A DNA stretch of 64,000 nt from Candidatus Nomurabacteria bacterium (GCA_026396065.1 JAPLXO010000011.1:10748-74747), one strand, 5' to 3'. Positions 1 to 8,676 are shown, counted from the first letter of the stretch. The notes: generated by a model from the letters alone, not told the origin. Numbers and translations: made by a program.

Positions 1-66
1 GAAGAGTTCTTTTCCTGAAAAAATAAAAGATATACATATAAATACTAATTACCCTAAGTAATTTTT

Positions 67-94
67 TGACTTAAAAATTTATATTTGTTAATAT
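67..94 (+). promoter_or_regulatory. Putative sigma70-type promoter (TTGACT -16nt- TGtTAATAT extended -10) upstream of infA
   Basis: Hexamers read directly at 67-72 and 86-94; ~14 nt upstream of infA ATG at 108. Confidence 0.35.
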
Positions 95-107
95 TAGAGT
101 ACATCCA

Positions 108-329
108 ATGAGTGATTCAAAAAATGATAAAATTTTGACAGCAAAAGGTCAGGTGACTGAAGCGTTACCTAGTACTCTTTTTAGAGTAATGATGGATGAT
201 GAAAAAGAAATTCTTGCTTATTTAGGTGGCAAGATGAGAATGAATAGAATTAAAGTTTTGATAGGTGATCATGTTGAAGTCGTCCTCGATCCTTATGGAG
301 GAAAGGGTAGGATAACAAAAAGGTTGTAA
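108..329 (+). CDS. infA: Translation initiation factor IF-1
   Basis: 73 aa; S1-like OB fold; GKMRMNRIKVLIGDHVEVVLDPYGGKGRITKRL typical of IF-1. Confidence 0.9.
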   Translation: MSDSKNDKILTAKGQVTEALPSTLFRVMMDDEKEILAYLGGKMRMNRIKVLIGDHVEVVLDPYGGKGRITKRL

Positions 330-430
330 TTTTTTTTGCAATAGTGTATAATGGATTTATCAAAGTTTAAATAGTAAAAAAGACCATGGAATAAGGGTTA
401 TTTCCCTTATTTTTGTCTTGTATCGAAAAT

Positions 431-541
431 ATGAAATTAAAATCAGCAGTACAAAAAATTTGTGATAATTGTAAAATCGTAAGACGTCAAAGACATCTAC
501 GAGTTATTTGTACAAACCCTAAACATAAACAAAAACAATAA
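431..541 (+). CDS. rpmJ: 50S ribosomal protein L36
   Basis: 36-aa [39 protein letters not shown] read manually (below the ORF-track size cut-off); classic L36 CxxC..C..H zinc ribbon; sits before rpsM. Confidence 0.85.
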   Translation: MKLKSAVQKICDNCKIVRRQRHLRVICTNPKHKQKQ

Positions 542-545
542 TTAT

Positions 546-926
546 ATGAGAATATTAGGTATCACAGTTCCAAATGAAAAGAGATTAGAAATTGGTTTAA
601 CATGCCTATTTGGTATTGGTATTCCAATGGCTCGTAGAATTTTAAAACAAGTTAAAATTGATGCAGGAGTTAAAGCAAAAGATCTTACTCCAGAAGAAGA
701 AAATAAAATTCGTGCAGTTATTGAAGCAATGACTATCGAAGGTAATCTAAAAAGAGAGGTTTCATCAAATATAAAAAGATTAAAAGATATAAAAAGCTAT
801 CGAGGAACTCGTCACATGAAACGCCTTCCAGTTCGCGGACAACGAACAAAGACAAATTCTAGAACAGTACGAGGTAATGTCAGAAAGACAATGGCATCAG
901 GAAGAAGAAAGGAAAGTAAGACATAA
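546..926 (+). CDS. rpsM: 30S ribosomal protein S13
   Basis: 126 aa; MRILGI..P..KR.EIGLT.IFGIG...A..IL; basic C-terminus; conserved rpmJ-rpsM-rpsK-rpsD-rpoA-rplQ order. Confidence 0.92.
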   Translation: MRILGITVPNEKRLEIGLTCLFGIGIPMARRILKQVKIDAGVKAKDLTPEEENKIRAVIEAMTIEGNLKREVSSNIKRLKDIKSYRGTRHMKRLPVRGQRTKTNSRTVRGNVRKTMASGRRKESKT

Positions 927-933
927 AATAAAA

Positions 934-1365
934 ATGGCTAAAACAACAAAAACAACAGAAGAAAAAGTAGAGACTCCAGCTGAAGTAAAATCAGCTCCTT
1001 CAAAGATTCCAAAAAAGAAATTAACTTCTGGTATTTTATACATTGATGCAACTTTTAATAACACAAAAGTAATGTTTGCAGATAAATCAGGCAATGCAAT
1101 TTTCTGGTCATCAACTGGGGCTTTAGGTTTTAAGGGTGCAAAGAAAGGTACTCCATTTGCTGCTTCAAAAGCAGGTGATGTTGTTGGAGATAAAGCACAA
1201 ACACTCGGTATAAAAGAAGCAGATGTTGTTGTCCGTGGAGTAGGTAGTGGACGTGAACCAGCAATTCGTGCATTTATGGCTCATAATATAGAAATTACTT
1301 CAATTAAAGATGCCACACCTGTTCCGCATAATGGTCCAAAAGCAAAGAAACCACGAAGAGTTTAG
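934..1365 (+). CDS. rpsK: 30S ribosomal protein S11
   Basis: ORF-track ORF 877 overlaps rpsM; first ATG after the rpsM stop is 934 (MAKTTKTT...). ...TFNNT.V...D..GNA..WSS.GALGFKG.KK.TPFAA... and VPHNG..P.K.RRV are the S11 signature. Confidence 0.9.
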   Translation: MAKTTKTTEEKVETPAEVKSAPSKIPKKKLTSGILYIDATFNNTKVMFADKSGNAIFWSSTGALGFKGAKKGTPFAASKAGDVVGDKAQTLGIKEADVVVRGVGSGREPAIRAFMAHNIEITSIKDATPVPHNGPKAKKPRRV

Positions 1366-1395
1366 AAGATAAAAGTTAGAAAGTTAAAAAATATT

Positions 1396-1992
1396 ATGAT
1401 TTCAAAACCAAAATTTAAGATTTGTAAAAGATTAGGAGCAGGAGTTTATGACAAGTGTCAGACTTCTAAATTTGTTACTGCACCAAAAGGTAAAAAAGGT
1501 GCTCGTCCAAAAGCTCTTTCTGAATTCGGTTCTCAGCTTATTGAAAAACAAAAAATTCGTTTTTCTTATGGTATATCAGAACGTCAACTTTCTAATTATG
1601 TAGAGAATGCAATGAAAACAAAAGGTCAAGGTACTGCCGATAAACTATACGAGAGACTTGAAGCTCGCCTAGATAATGTAGTTTACCGTATGGGTCTTGC
1701 AAATTCTAGAGCATTCGCTCGTCAGATGGTCTCCCACGGACACTTTGTAGTTAATGGACACAAAGTAACTATTCCATCCTATGAAACAAAAATAGGAGAT
1801 GCTATAAGTATCAGAGAGGGTAGTAAGGGAAAAAAATTATTTGAAGGTTTAACTGAAAGACTAAAAGAATATAACGCTCCAAAATGGGTAGCATTCTCTC
1901 CAGAAAAAGCAGAAGGAAAAGTTTTAGACAAGCCAAAAAATACTGAAACATTCCTCGATATAAACGCCGTTTTAGAATTCTACAGTCGTTAA
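1396..1992 (+). CDS. rpsD: 30S ribosomal protein S4
   Basis: 198 aa; S4 N-terminal domain plus S4 RNA-binding domain (LE.RLDNVVYRMGLA.SR..ARQ.VSHGH..VNG..V.IPSY). Confidence 0.9.
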   Translation: MISKPKFKICKRLGAGVYDKCQTSKFVTAPKGKKGARPKALSEFGSQLIEKQKIRFSYGISERQLSNYVENAMKTKGQGTADKLYERLEARLDNVVYRMGLANSRAFARQMVSHGHFVVNGHKVTIPSYETKIGDAISIREGSKGKKLFEGLTERLKEYNAPKWVAFSPEKAEGKVLDKPKNTETFLDINAVLEFYSR

Positions 1993-2064
1993 TTAAATTA
2001 TTTCGTTAGCCGTTTAGTTTTACATTATTAAGTTTTAAATTTAAAAGTAATTTTTATAAAAAAC

Positions 2065-3051
2065 ATGCTTGAATACAATATAATCTTACCTTCTAAGCCA
2101 AGAGTTGTCTCAGAAGAAAATAATAAAGGAGTATATGAAATCGACGGTTTTTATCCAGGATATGGCCATACACTTGGCAATAGTCTTCGCAGGATAATTC
2201 TTTCCTCTCTTCCAGGTGCAGCTATAACATCTATTAAAATAGATGGTGTAAGTCATGAATTTTCCACAATTGATGGTATCAAAGAAGATGTTATTGTAAT
2301 GATTCTAAATTTAAAAAAGACTCGTTTTAAAATATCTTCCGATGAAGCTCAAACTGTAACTCTTTCTGTAAAAGGTCCTAAAATAGTAACAGCAGCAGAT
2401 ATCTCTACTGGTGGACAAGTCGAAATTTTAAATCCAGAACAACAAATTTGTGAAATTACCGGTAAAGTTAATTTAAATATTGAATTACATATTGAGAAAG
2501 GTCTTGGTTTTGTTCCAAAAGAAGTTATTCAAAAAGAAAAAGTAGAGATTGGCACTATAGCTGTAGATGCTATTTTTACACCTATTCGTCGTATTTCTTA
2601 TGAAGTAGAAAATATGCGCGTAGGAGATAAAACAAACCACAACCGTCTACGAATTGCAATTGAAACAAACGGTACACTTACTCCTCGTGAAGCACTTACT
2701 CGTTCTATTGAAATAATGATTGAACAATTAAAAGCAATTGTTGATTTTAAAGATCCAGTAGAAGAAGTAAAGGTTGAAAAGAAATCTGCTAAAGCTGCAG
2801 AAGAAAAGTCTACATCTTCCGAAGAAGAAAAAGGTGGTGAAGATTTTAGTGATGTATTAAAGACTCGTACAGACAACCTTGATCTTTCTACAAGAACTTT
2901 GAATGCTCTTACAAATGCAAATGTTCGCACATTAGGTGGTCTTGCACGTAAGAGAAAAGAAGATTTATTAGAAATAGAAGGTATGGGTGAAAAAGGTATT
3001 ACTGAAATAAAGAAAGTATTAAGTAAATTCGGTTTAAATTTGAAAGACTAA
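2065..3051 (+). CDS. rpoA: DNA-directed RNA polymerase alpha subunit
   Basis: 328 aa; G.TLGN.LRR.LLSS.PG.A.. N-terminal domain; C-terminal HhH domain (LS.R..N.L....I.T...L); position after rpsD. Confidence 0.92.
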   Translation: MLEYNIILPSKPRVVSEENNKGVYEIDGFYPGYGHTLGNSLRRIILSSLPGAAITSIKIDGVSHEFSTIDGIKEDVIVMILNLKKTRFKISSDEAQTVTLSVKGPKIVTAADISTGGQVEILNPEQQICEITGKVNLNIELHIEKGLGFVPKEVIQKEKVEIGTIAVDAIFTPIRRISYEVENMRVGDKTNHNRLRIAIETNGTLTPREALTRSIEIMIEQLKAIVDFKDPVEEVKVEKKSAKAAEEKSTSSEEEKGGEDFSDVLKTRTDNLDLSTRTLNALTNANVRTLGGLARKRKEDLLEIEGMGEKGITEIKKVLSKFGLNLKD

Positions 3052-3070
3052 AATAATATTATAAATTTTT

Positions 3071-3424
3071 ATGAGACACTCTAATAAAACAAAAAAATTC
3101 GGAAGAGAAAAAACACAACGTCATGCATTGATGCATTCTTTGGCATTAAATTTAATTGTTCGTGAAAAAATAAAGACAACAGAACCAAAAGCAAAAGCTC
3201 TTCGCCCATTTATTGAAAAATTAGTTACTCTAGCAAAAAAAGGAGATCTTGCTTCACGCCGTGTTGTTATTTCTCGTCTTACAAACCGAAGCAAAGAAGT
3301 TAAAAAACTTTTTGAAGTTATTGCACCAAAATACACTGATAAAAAAGGTGGATATACAAGAATTATAAAATTAGGAGCACGAAAGAGTGATGCCGCACCA
3401 ATGGCTGTCATTGAATTTGTATAA
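3071..3424 (+). CDS. rplQ: 50S ribosomal protein L17
   Basis: 117 aa; MRH...K.LGR....R.A....L...L.....I.TT..KAK.LR. pattern; follows rpoA. Confidence 0.9.
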   Translation: MRHSNKTKKFGREKTQRHALMHSLALNLIVREKIKTTEPKAKALRPFIEKLVTLAKKGDLASRRVVISRLTNRSKEVKKLFEVIAPKYTDKKGGYTRIIKLGARKSDAAPMAVIEFV

Positions 3425-3430
3425 AAATAT

Positions 3431-3799
3431 ATGGAAACAAAAATTACAAAAACAGAAGAAAAGACAATAGATGCATCAGGTAGAACACTCGGTAGAGTTG
3501 CTAGTGAGGCAGCTATGCATTTGATGGGTAAGACATCAGCTAAATTCCAGAGGCATGTTTTTTCTGGTCTTCCTGTAAAAGTGATAAATGCTTCAAAAAT
3601 AAAAATTACAGCAAAGAAACTTCAGGAAATTCAACATACAAGATATTCTGGATATCCAGGAGGATTAACAATTATAAAAGGTAAAGAAACTCTAGAAAAA
3701 AAAGGAATGAAAGAATTAGTGAAGCTTGCAATATACCAAATGCTTCCAGACAATAAATTACGAAGAAAAATGATGTTAGGTTTAAAGATAATAGATTAA
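3431..3799 (+). CDS. rplM: 50S ribosomal protein L13
   Basis: 122 aa; L13-like (LGR.AS..A..L.GK........VIN..KI..TG.K); rplM-rpsI pair. Confidence 0.85.
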   Translation: METKITKTEEKTIDASGRTLGRVASEAAMHLMGKTSAKFQRHVFSGLPVKVINASKIKITAKKLQEIQHTRYSGYPGGLTIIKGKETLEKKGMKELVKLAIYQMLPDNKLRRKMMLGLKIID

Positions 3800-3818
3800 T
3801 TTTAATAAGAATAAAGAA

Positions 3819-4217
3819 ATGACAAAAGAAAGATACATAGAAGCTATAGGACGAAGAAAAACATCTACTGCTAGAGTACGTATTTTTGAATCTGCAAAAC
3901 CAACTTTCATTATCAATGGTAAAGATGCAAAAGACTATTTTAAGACAGAAGTAGAAAAAGGTATCGTTATGGATGCTATTGTAAAAGGTAAACCAGCAAA
4001 GAAATTTTCTTTTGAAGTAAAAGTTTCAGGTGGAGGTACTCATTCTCAAGCTGAAGCTATCCGTCATGGTCTTACTCGTGCCCTTGTCTCTGATCAGCCA
4101 GATCTTCGTGTTTCTGTAAAGAAGCTCGGTTTCTTAAAACGTGATCCTAGAGCAAAAGAACGCCGTAAATTCGGACTCAAGAAAGCTCGTAAGGCTCCAC
4201 AGTGGAGTAAGCGTTAA
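3819..4217 (+). CDS. rpsI: 30S ribosomal protein S9
   Basis: 132 aa; GRRK...ARV......G...ING; C-terminal RR.FGLKKARKAPQWSKR is the S9 signature. Confidence 0.92.
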   Translation: MTKERYIEAIGRRKTSTARVRIFESAKPTFIINGKDAKDYFKTEVEKGIVMDAIVKGKPAKKFSFEVKVSGGGTHSQAEAIRHGLTRALVSDQPDLRVSVKKLGFLKRDPRAKERRKFGLKKARKAPQWSKR

Positions 4218-4224
4218 TTATTCA

Positions 4225-4255
4225 AAAATCCCCTTATATGGGGATTTTTGTTTGA
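4225..4255 (+). terminator. Rho-independent terminator after rpsI
   Basis: Hairpin aaaatcccc-ttatat-ggggatttt followed by a T-run. Confidence 0.75.
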
Positions 4256-4308
4256 CTTTATTCTTTTAATATGTTAAATTTTCTTTAATTAATTTTGGTT
4301 CTTGGAGA

Positions 4309-4367
4309 GTAGTTTTGTTAGTTTTCACAGGAGATTTATATCTTTTGTGAAAACTAACAAAAACTAC
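4309..4367 (+). promoter_or_regulatory. Perfect 21-bp inverted repeat (16-nt loop) ending 1 nt before the ATG of ORF 4369
   Basis: gtagttttgttagttttcaca ... tgtgaaaactaacaaaaactac read directly; would sequester the translation-initiation region. Confidence 0.5.
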
Positions 4368-4368
4368 G

Positions 4369-4713
4369 ATGAAAAAAAGAAAAAGAAAAACAAAAACAAA
4401 AAAAGAAAAATTTGAATTGTTGGAAAAACAATTTCAAAAAGATTTCAAAGAAAAAGGCAATCCTTTTTCCTGTAAAGTAATTTTTAAAAAACCAGGAGCA
4501 GTGGAATATGTATCCAAGACTTGTCTTGAAGATGCAATTCTATTTACCCAGAGTTCTAATCAACTGAACCTATGGGAAACCCTTTTAAAAAGAAGTGATT
4601 TATCAGGAGAGCAAAGAATCAAAATTTCAAAATCTTTTGAGTCTTTGAAAGAAAACGGCAATCTTTTTAATTTAAAAGCTGTTTTTACAGGTAAGTTACT
4701 TATCTACCAATGA
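4369..4713 (+). CDS. Hypothetical protein, highly basic Lys-rich N-terminus
   Basis: 114-aa ORF, MKKRKRKTKTKKEK...; no recognisable domain; followed by a hairpin terminator. Confidence 0.5.
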   Translation: MKKRKRKTKTKKEKFELLEKQFQKDFKEKGNPFSCKVIFKKPGAVEYVSKTCLEDAILFTQSSNQLNLWETLLKRSDLSGEQRIKISKSFESLKENGNLFNLKAVFTGKLLIYQ

Positions 4714-4745
4714 AAGTCCTTAATAATATAGGACTTTTTTTGTTG
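4713..4745 (+). terminator. Rho-independent terminator
   Basis: aagtcct-taataatat-aggactt plus T8. Confidence 0.7.
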
Positions 4746-4769
4746 CTTTTTTTATGCTAAAATGACTTT

Positions 4770-5378
4770 ATGAGTGAAGAAAATGAAGAGATAGTACAAC
4801 AAAATACTCAAATTCCAGCAAAATTTCCTGATGAAGTTACAGACGATAGTGAAGTCGTCGAATTTGAATTCAATGAAGACGGGGAAGAAGATTTAAAGAA
4901 AACATTAAAGAAACTCCGAGCGGATTTGAAGCAGGCGAAGGCCGAAAAGGAAGAATACCTCACTGGCTGGCAGAAAGAGCGAGCGGGTTTTGTGAATTAT
5001 AGAAAAGAAGAGGAGGATAGAAATACTAATTTTAAAAATATTATTCAAGAAAGAATGATGGATAAGTTTCTCTCTGTAATGGATAGCTTTGATATGGCTT
5101 TTGCAAATAAAACTGCTTGGGAGAAAGTAGATGCGAATTGGCGCACTGGTGTGGAATATATTTATAATCAAATGAACAGTGTGTTCGAAGAGTACGGCGT
5201 ACAAGCCATAGGCAAAGTCGGCGAAAAGTTTAATCCAGAACTTCATCAATCAGTGGAGCATGTAGTTACTGACGATCAATCAAAAGATGACACCATCGCC
5301 ATAGTTCTACAAAAAGGCTACAAATTAAAAGATAAAGTTCTCCGCCCAGCACGAGTGAATGTGTTTGGGTTTAAATAA
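4770..5378 (+). CDS. grpE: Nucleotide exchange factor GrpE
   Basis: 202 aa; acidic N-terminus, coiled coil, ..GFVNYRKEEED.. (cf. FENYRKR) and C-terminal GY.L.DKVLRPARV.VFG beta-domain. Confidence 0.88.
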   Translation: MSEENEEIVQQNTQIPAKFPDEVTDDSEVVEFEFNEDGEEDLKKTLKKLRADLKQAKAEKEEYLTGWQKERAGFVNYRKEEEDRNTNFKNIIQERMMDKFLSVMDSFDMAFANKTAWEKVDANWRTGVEYIYNQMNSVFEEYGVQAIGKVGEKFNPELHQSVEHVVTDDQSKDDTIAIVLQKGYKLKDKVLRPARVNVFGFK

Positions 5379-5439
5379 TTGCTTTTTTATTTAAAAATGT
5401 TATTATCTGTTTTAGATAAAGCAACATCGTGAAGTACGG

Positions 5440-5490
5440 TGCTTGCTGTTGCAAAACAGTGACGGTTCGATTCCGTCTCCTCGGTACATA
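5440..5490 (+). other. tRNA-like 3' fragment (T-arm GACGG-TTCGATT-CCGTC plus 7-nt acceptor-like 3' strand); no complete cloverleaf found
   Basis: GGTTCGATTCC T-loop consensus read directly. The complementary 5' acceptor strand (ccgagga) is absent upstream, so it is not a whole tRNA. Possible att-site remnant. Confidence 0.35.
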
Positions 5491-5665
5491 ATAAAAGTAT
5501 AGTTAATAGTATGGAGTCTAGGTGGGAGATTATGATGTGGCTTTCTGACAATAAGTTTGCTGAATCGTGTTTTGAGAAACCACCCTCTTTCAAGAAATTA
5601 TTGTGTATGCTTTATCGCTTTTCGTCACTGTTTAATTACAGTGACGATTTTTTATTTCTCAAAAC

Positions 5666-5780
5666 CCCCACCCCTGACCCCTCCCCATTTTTTATAAAAA
5701 TAGAGAGGGGAATTTGGATTTCTCCCTTCTCTAAAATCTTCAAATTTTAGAGAAGGGTTGGGGATGAGGATGGGTGAGGT
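5666..5780. repeat. Intergenic repeat element A: C4-5 tract block (G-quadruplex-capable on minus strand), hairpins, and GGGTTGGGGATGAGGATGGGTGAGGT box
   Basis: cccccacccctgacccctcccc at 5666-5687; gggttggggatgaggatgggtgaggt at 5755-5780; related boxes recur at 20326-20425 and 23776-23816. Confidence 0.6.
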
Positions 5781-5786
5781 TATTAA

Positions 5787-5840
5787 AATAAAAATTGTTA
5801 ACAAACTCAGCGATAGCAGAAAATGTTAACAATTTTTATT
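5787..5840. terminator. Perfect 17-bp inverted repeat (aataaaaattgttaaca / tgttaacaatttttatt) overlapping the stop of the minus-strand PaaX-like gene; likely bidirectional terminator
   Basis: Read directly; arms are exact reverse complements with a 20-nt loop. Confidence 0.55.
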
Positions 5841-6342
5841 TTCCGAATGTTTCAAATAAAACTTTTTTAGTTTCGTCATCCACAAATTGTGTGACGATAA
5901 TCATCATCTCTGTCGTGAGGCCGAGGTCTTTTTTAATATTTATAAATAAGTGTTCGAAAGGGTAGGGAGAAATCCATGCAGAATTTTTCAGACAGACGAA
6001 TCCAGCTTTTTTGAGGAGGTATCGCAAACTCTCGCGCTCGCTTTTGCGAGCTTCAGGAAGATCGAGTAAAATAATTCTCCAAAATCCATCCCAAGAAGAT
6101 GATACGAGAGTGGTATCGCTATCGAGCTTCAAACTGTGCATTTTCTTTTTTCCTTCTTTCGTCAGGCGAGCGTAGTCATTCTGCCCACTAGAAATATGCT
6201 CCACCAGCCCTGCTTCACGTAGATTTTTTAGTGAGCGGGTGAGTGCGTATTTTTCATTTATTGGGCCGTCTACGAGGGAATTGACCGCTACAGCGCTCTT
6301 TTCGCCTAGTATTTTAATGATTTTTTTAGTATGGCTTGACAT
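5836..6342 (-). CDS. PaaX-family-like transcriptional regulator (winged helix), short form
   Basis: 168 aa; SWDGFWRIILLDLPE.RK.ERE.LR..L...GF..L..SAWISPYP resembles the PaaX core (WDG.W....YD.PE...R..LR..L...GF..L...VW.SP). Shorter than canonical PaaX. Confidence 0.45.
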   Translation of the reverse strand: MSSHTKKIIKILGEKSAVAVNSLVDGPINEKYALTRSLKNLREAGLVEHISSGQNDYARLTKEGKKKMHSLKLDSDTTLVSSSWDGFWRIILLDLPEARKSERESLRYLLKKAGFVCLKNSAWISPYPFEHLFINIKKDLGLTTEMMIIVTQFVDDETKKVLFETFGK

Positions 6343-6460
6343 GCTTATAGGTTATCATATATACTCTTTTTTGCAACTATTCCGCGACCACGAAATACTT
6401 GCAAAATTATTAAGGCTTGTATATAATAGGTTTATTAGTAGTAAAAATTTTAAAAATTAT

Positions 6461-6703
6461 ATGTCAAAAGAACAAATAAAAACTACTCCTGAAAAAAAGA
6501 TTTCCAATGAAATAAAAGAAATGTTTGAAAATATAAATGAAACTCATTTTAATCAAGTTAAGACTGCATTGAAAGGAAAACCTAAACCAAATTTAGATTA
6601 TTATGATAACAGAAGAGACGAAGACGGTCAGTATGAGGCTAAATATGGAATAGATTACAAAAATGAAGATATAGAAAAAAAAGATGAAGGTTTGCTAAAT
6701 TAA
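6461..6703 (+). CDS. Small hypothetical protein (possible)
   Basis: ORF-track ORF 6239-6703 overlaps the minus-strand regulator. Only the part from the internal Met at 6461 (MSKEQIKTTPEKK...) is non-overlapping. No homology recognised. Confidence 0.25.
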   Translation: MSKEQIKTTPEKKISNEIKEMFENINETHFNQVKTALKGKPKPNLDYYDNRRDEDGQYEAKYGIDYKNEDIEKKDEGLLN

Positions 6704-6741
6704 AATTATTAATCATTAACAATTAATCAAATAAAAAATAT

Positions 6742-8637
6742 ATGTCAAAAATAATAGGAATAGATTTGGGTACTACAAATAGTGCGGTTGCGATTATCGA
6801 AGGAGGACAACCAAAAATAATAGAAAATATCGAAGGAGCGAGAACAACTCCGAGTATTGTTTCTGTTGCAAAAAACGGAGATCGTCTCGTCGGCCTTCTT
6901 GCGAAGCGTCAGGCGGTGACGAATCCAGAAAATACCGTCTACGGTATCAAGCGTTTTATGGGTCACAATTTTGAAGATCCAGAAGTGCAAAAGGACTTGA
7001 AGAATGCTTCATTTAAATTGCAAAAAGGAAAAGACGGCGGAGTAGAAGTAATGATTGGCGACAAATGGATGCGCCCAGAAGAAATCTCTGCGATGATTTT
7101 AACTAAAATAAAAACAGACGTCGAAGCAAAGATCGGAGAAAAAATCACTGAAGCTGTTATTACAGTTCCAGCATATTTCAACGATGCACAAAGAAAAGCT
7201 ACAAAGGATGCAGGTATGATCGCAGGACTCGATGTAAAAAGAATCATCAACGAGCCGACAGCGGCAGCCCTCGCTTATGGTTTCAATAAAAAGAAAAATG
7301 AAAAGATCGTCGTGTATGACTTTGGAGGAGGAACTTTCGATGTATCAGTTCTCGAAATCGGTGACGATGTTATCGAAGTAAAATCAACAGATGGCGACAG
7401 TCACCTCGGAGGTCGTGATATAGATCACAAGATTATTGCTTGGATCGCAGAAGAATATAAAAAGACTTCTGGCGTAGATGTTCGTAACGACAAATTGGCC
7501 TTGCAACGCCTCGATGAAGCTGCTGAAAAGGCTAAAATCGAGCTTTCTACTGCTATTGAAAGTGAAATCAACATTCCTTTCATCACTTCTACTGCAGAAG
7601 GTCCACAGCACTTATTGCTCAAAATGACTCGTGCACAACTCGAATCAATTGCCGATGAATATATCACTCGTTCTATCGAAATCACAAAAAGAGCAATGAC
7701 TGCTTCTGGTTTCAAAATGGAAGACATGAATGAAATCATAATGGTCGGAGGACAAACAAGAATGCCAAAGATTGTCGAAGAAGTGAAAAAAGTTTTTGGA
7801 AAAATGCCAAACCTCTCTATCAATCCAGATGAAGTCGTCGCCCTCGGTGCTGCAGTGCAAGCCGGAGTATTGCAAGGTGATGTGCGTGATGTTTTACTCC
7901 TCGATGTTATTCCACTTTCACTAGGTATCGAGACACTCGGAGGTGTGGCTACAAAATTAGTCGAGAGAAATACTACTATTCCATCTAGTAAATCACAGAC
8001 ATTTTCTACGGCAGCTGACAATCAAACAAGTGTAGAAATTCACATCGTGCAGGGTGAGAGACCAATGGCTTCAGATAATAAAAGTTTAGGACGATTTATT
8101 TTGGACGGAATTCCACCAGCACCGCGTGGTATGCCACAAGTCGAAGTTTCTTTTGATGTTGATGCAAACGGAATTCTAAATGTCACTGCAAAAGATAAAG
8201 CTTCAGGTAAAACTCAAACAATTAAAATCGAAGCAAGTTCAGGATTGAAAGATGAAGACATAAAGAAGATGCAAGCTGATGCAGAAATGCATGCTGAAGA
8301 AGATGCAAAGAAAAAAGAATTGGCAGAAATTAAAAATTCTTGTGAAATGACTATTTACTCTGCAGAAAAAGCTTTGAAGGACAATGAAGCGAAAATTCCT
8401 GCAGATGTAAAAGATGGTGTGAATGCAAAAATTACAGCACTTCGCGGGTTGAAAGACGGTACAGATATGGAAGCTATCAAAAAAGCCCTCGAAGAACTTT
8501 CAGCCGAAATGTCCAAGATCGGTGAAGCTATGAGTAAAGCCGGCGAGCAAGCTCCAGCCGGAGGTGCACCCGAAGAACAAGCTACCGAAGTCAAGGGCGA
8601 AGAAGTAAAGCCAGAAGGTGAAGAGCCTAAAGCATAA
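6742..8637 (+). CDS. dnaK: Molecular chaperone DnaK (Hsp70)
   Basis: 631 aa; [12 protein letters not shown]; DLGGGTFD; substrate-binding domain; acidic C-terminal tail. Confidence 0.97.
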   Translation: MSKIIGIDLGTTNSAVAIIEGGQPKIIENIEGARTTPSIVSVAKNGDRLVGLLAKRQAVTNPENTVYGIKRFMGHNFEDPEVQKDLKNASFKLQKGKDGGVEVMIGDKWMRPEEISAMILTKIKTDVEAKIGEKITEAVITVPAYFNDAQRKATKDAGMIAGLDVKRIINEPTAAALAYGFNKKKNEKIVVYDFGGGTFDVSVLEIGDDVIEVKSTDGDSHLGGRDIDHKIIAWIAEEYKKTSGVDVRNDKLALQRLDEAAEKAKIELSTAIESEINIPFITSTAEGPQHLLLKMTRAQLESIADEYITRSIEITKRAMTASGFKMEDMNEIIMVGGQTRMPKIVEEVKKVFGKMPNLSINPDEVVALGAAVQAGVLQGDVRDVLLLDVIPLSLGIETLGGVATKLVERNTTIPSSKSQTFSTAADNQTSVEIHIVQGERPMASDNKSLGRFILDGIPPAPRGMPQVEVSFDVDANGILNVTAKDKASGKTQTIKIEASSGLKDEDIKKMQADAEMHAEEDAKKKELAEIKNSCEMTIYSAEKALKDNEAKIPADVKDGVNAKITALRGLKDGTDMEAIKKALEELSAEMSKIGEAMSKAGEQAPAGGAPEEQATEVKGEEVKPEGEEPKA

Positions 8638-8644
8638 AAACTAA

Positions 8645-8676
8645 CAAAAAAAAGCTCAAAAGAGCTTTTTTTTGTT
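8645..8676 (+). terminator. Rho-independent terminator after dnaK
   Basis: aaagctc-aaa-agagcttt plus T8. Confidence 0.7.

Noticed and set aside
877-933. ORF-track start of rpsK at 877 overlapping rpsM
   Set aside because: The extension is out-of-frame overlap with the S13 C-terminus. An ATG at 934 gives the canonical S11 N-terminus.
5440-5490. Complete tRNA gene after grpE
   Set aside because: Only the T-arm and 3' acceptor strand could be matched. No complementary 5' acceptor strand, D-arm or anticodon arm in the upstream 80 nt. Kept as a tRNA-like fragment.
5511-5750. ORF 5511-5750 (79 aa)
   Set aside because: Lies across the C-tract/hairpin repeat element. Translation is repeat-driven (PTPDPSPFF...) and is unlikely to be a real gene.
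6239-6460. 5' extension of ORF 6239-6703
   Set aside because: Overlaps the minus-strand PaaX-like gene for ~100 nt. Only the part from Met 6461 is plausibly coding, and even that is low confidence.
6745-8594. Multiple minus-strand ORFs (6745-6990, 6963-7250, 7425-8021, 7645-7875, 8355-8594) inside dnaK
   Set aside because: Entirely antisense to a highly conserved, confidently identified gene. Low-complexity translations. Typical spurious ORFs in AT-rich DNA.
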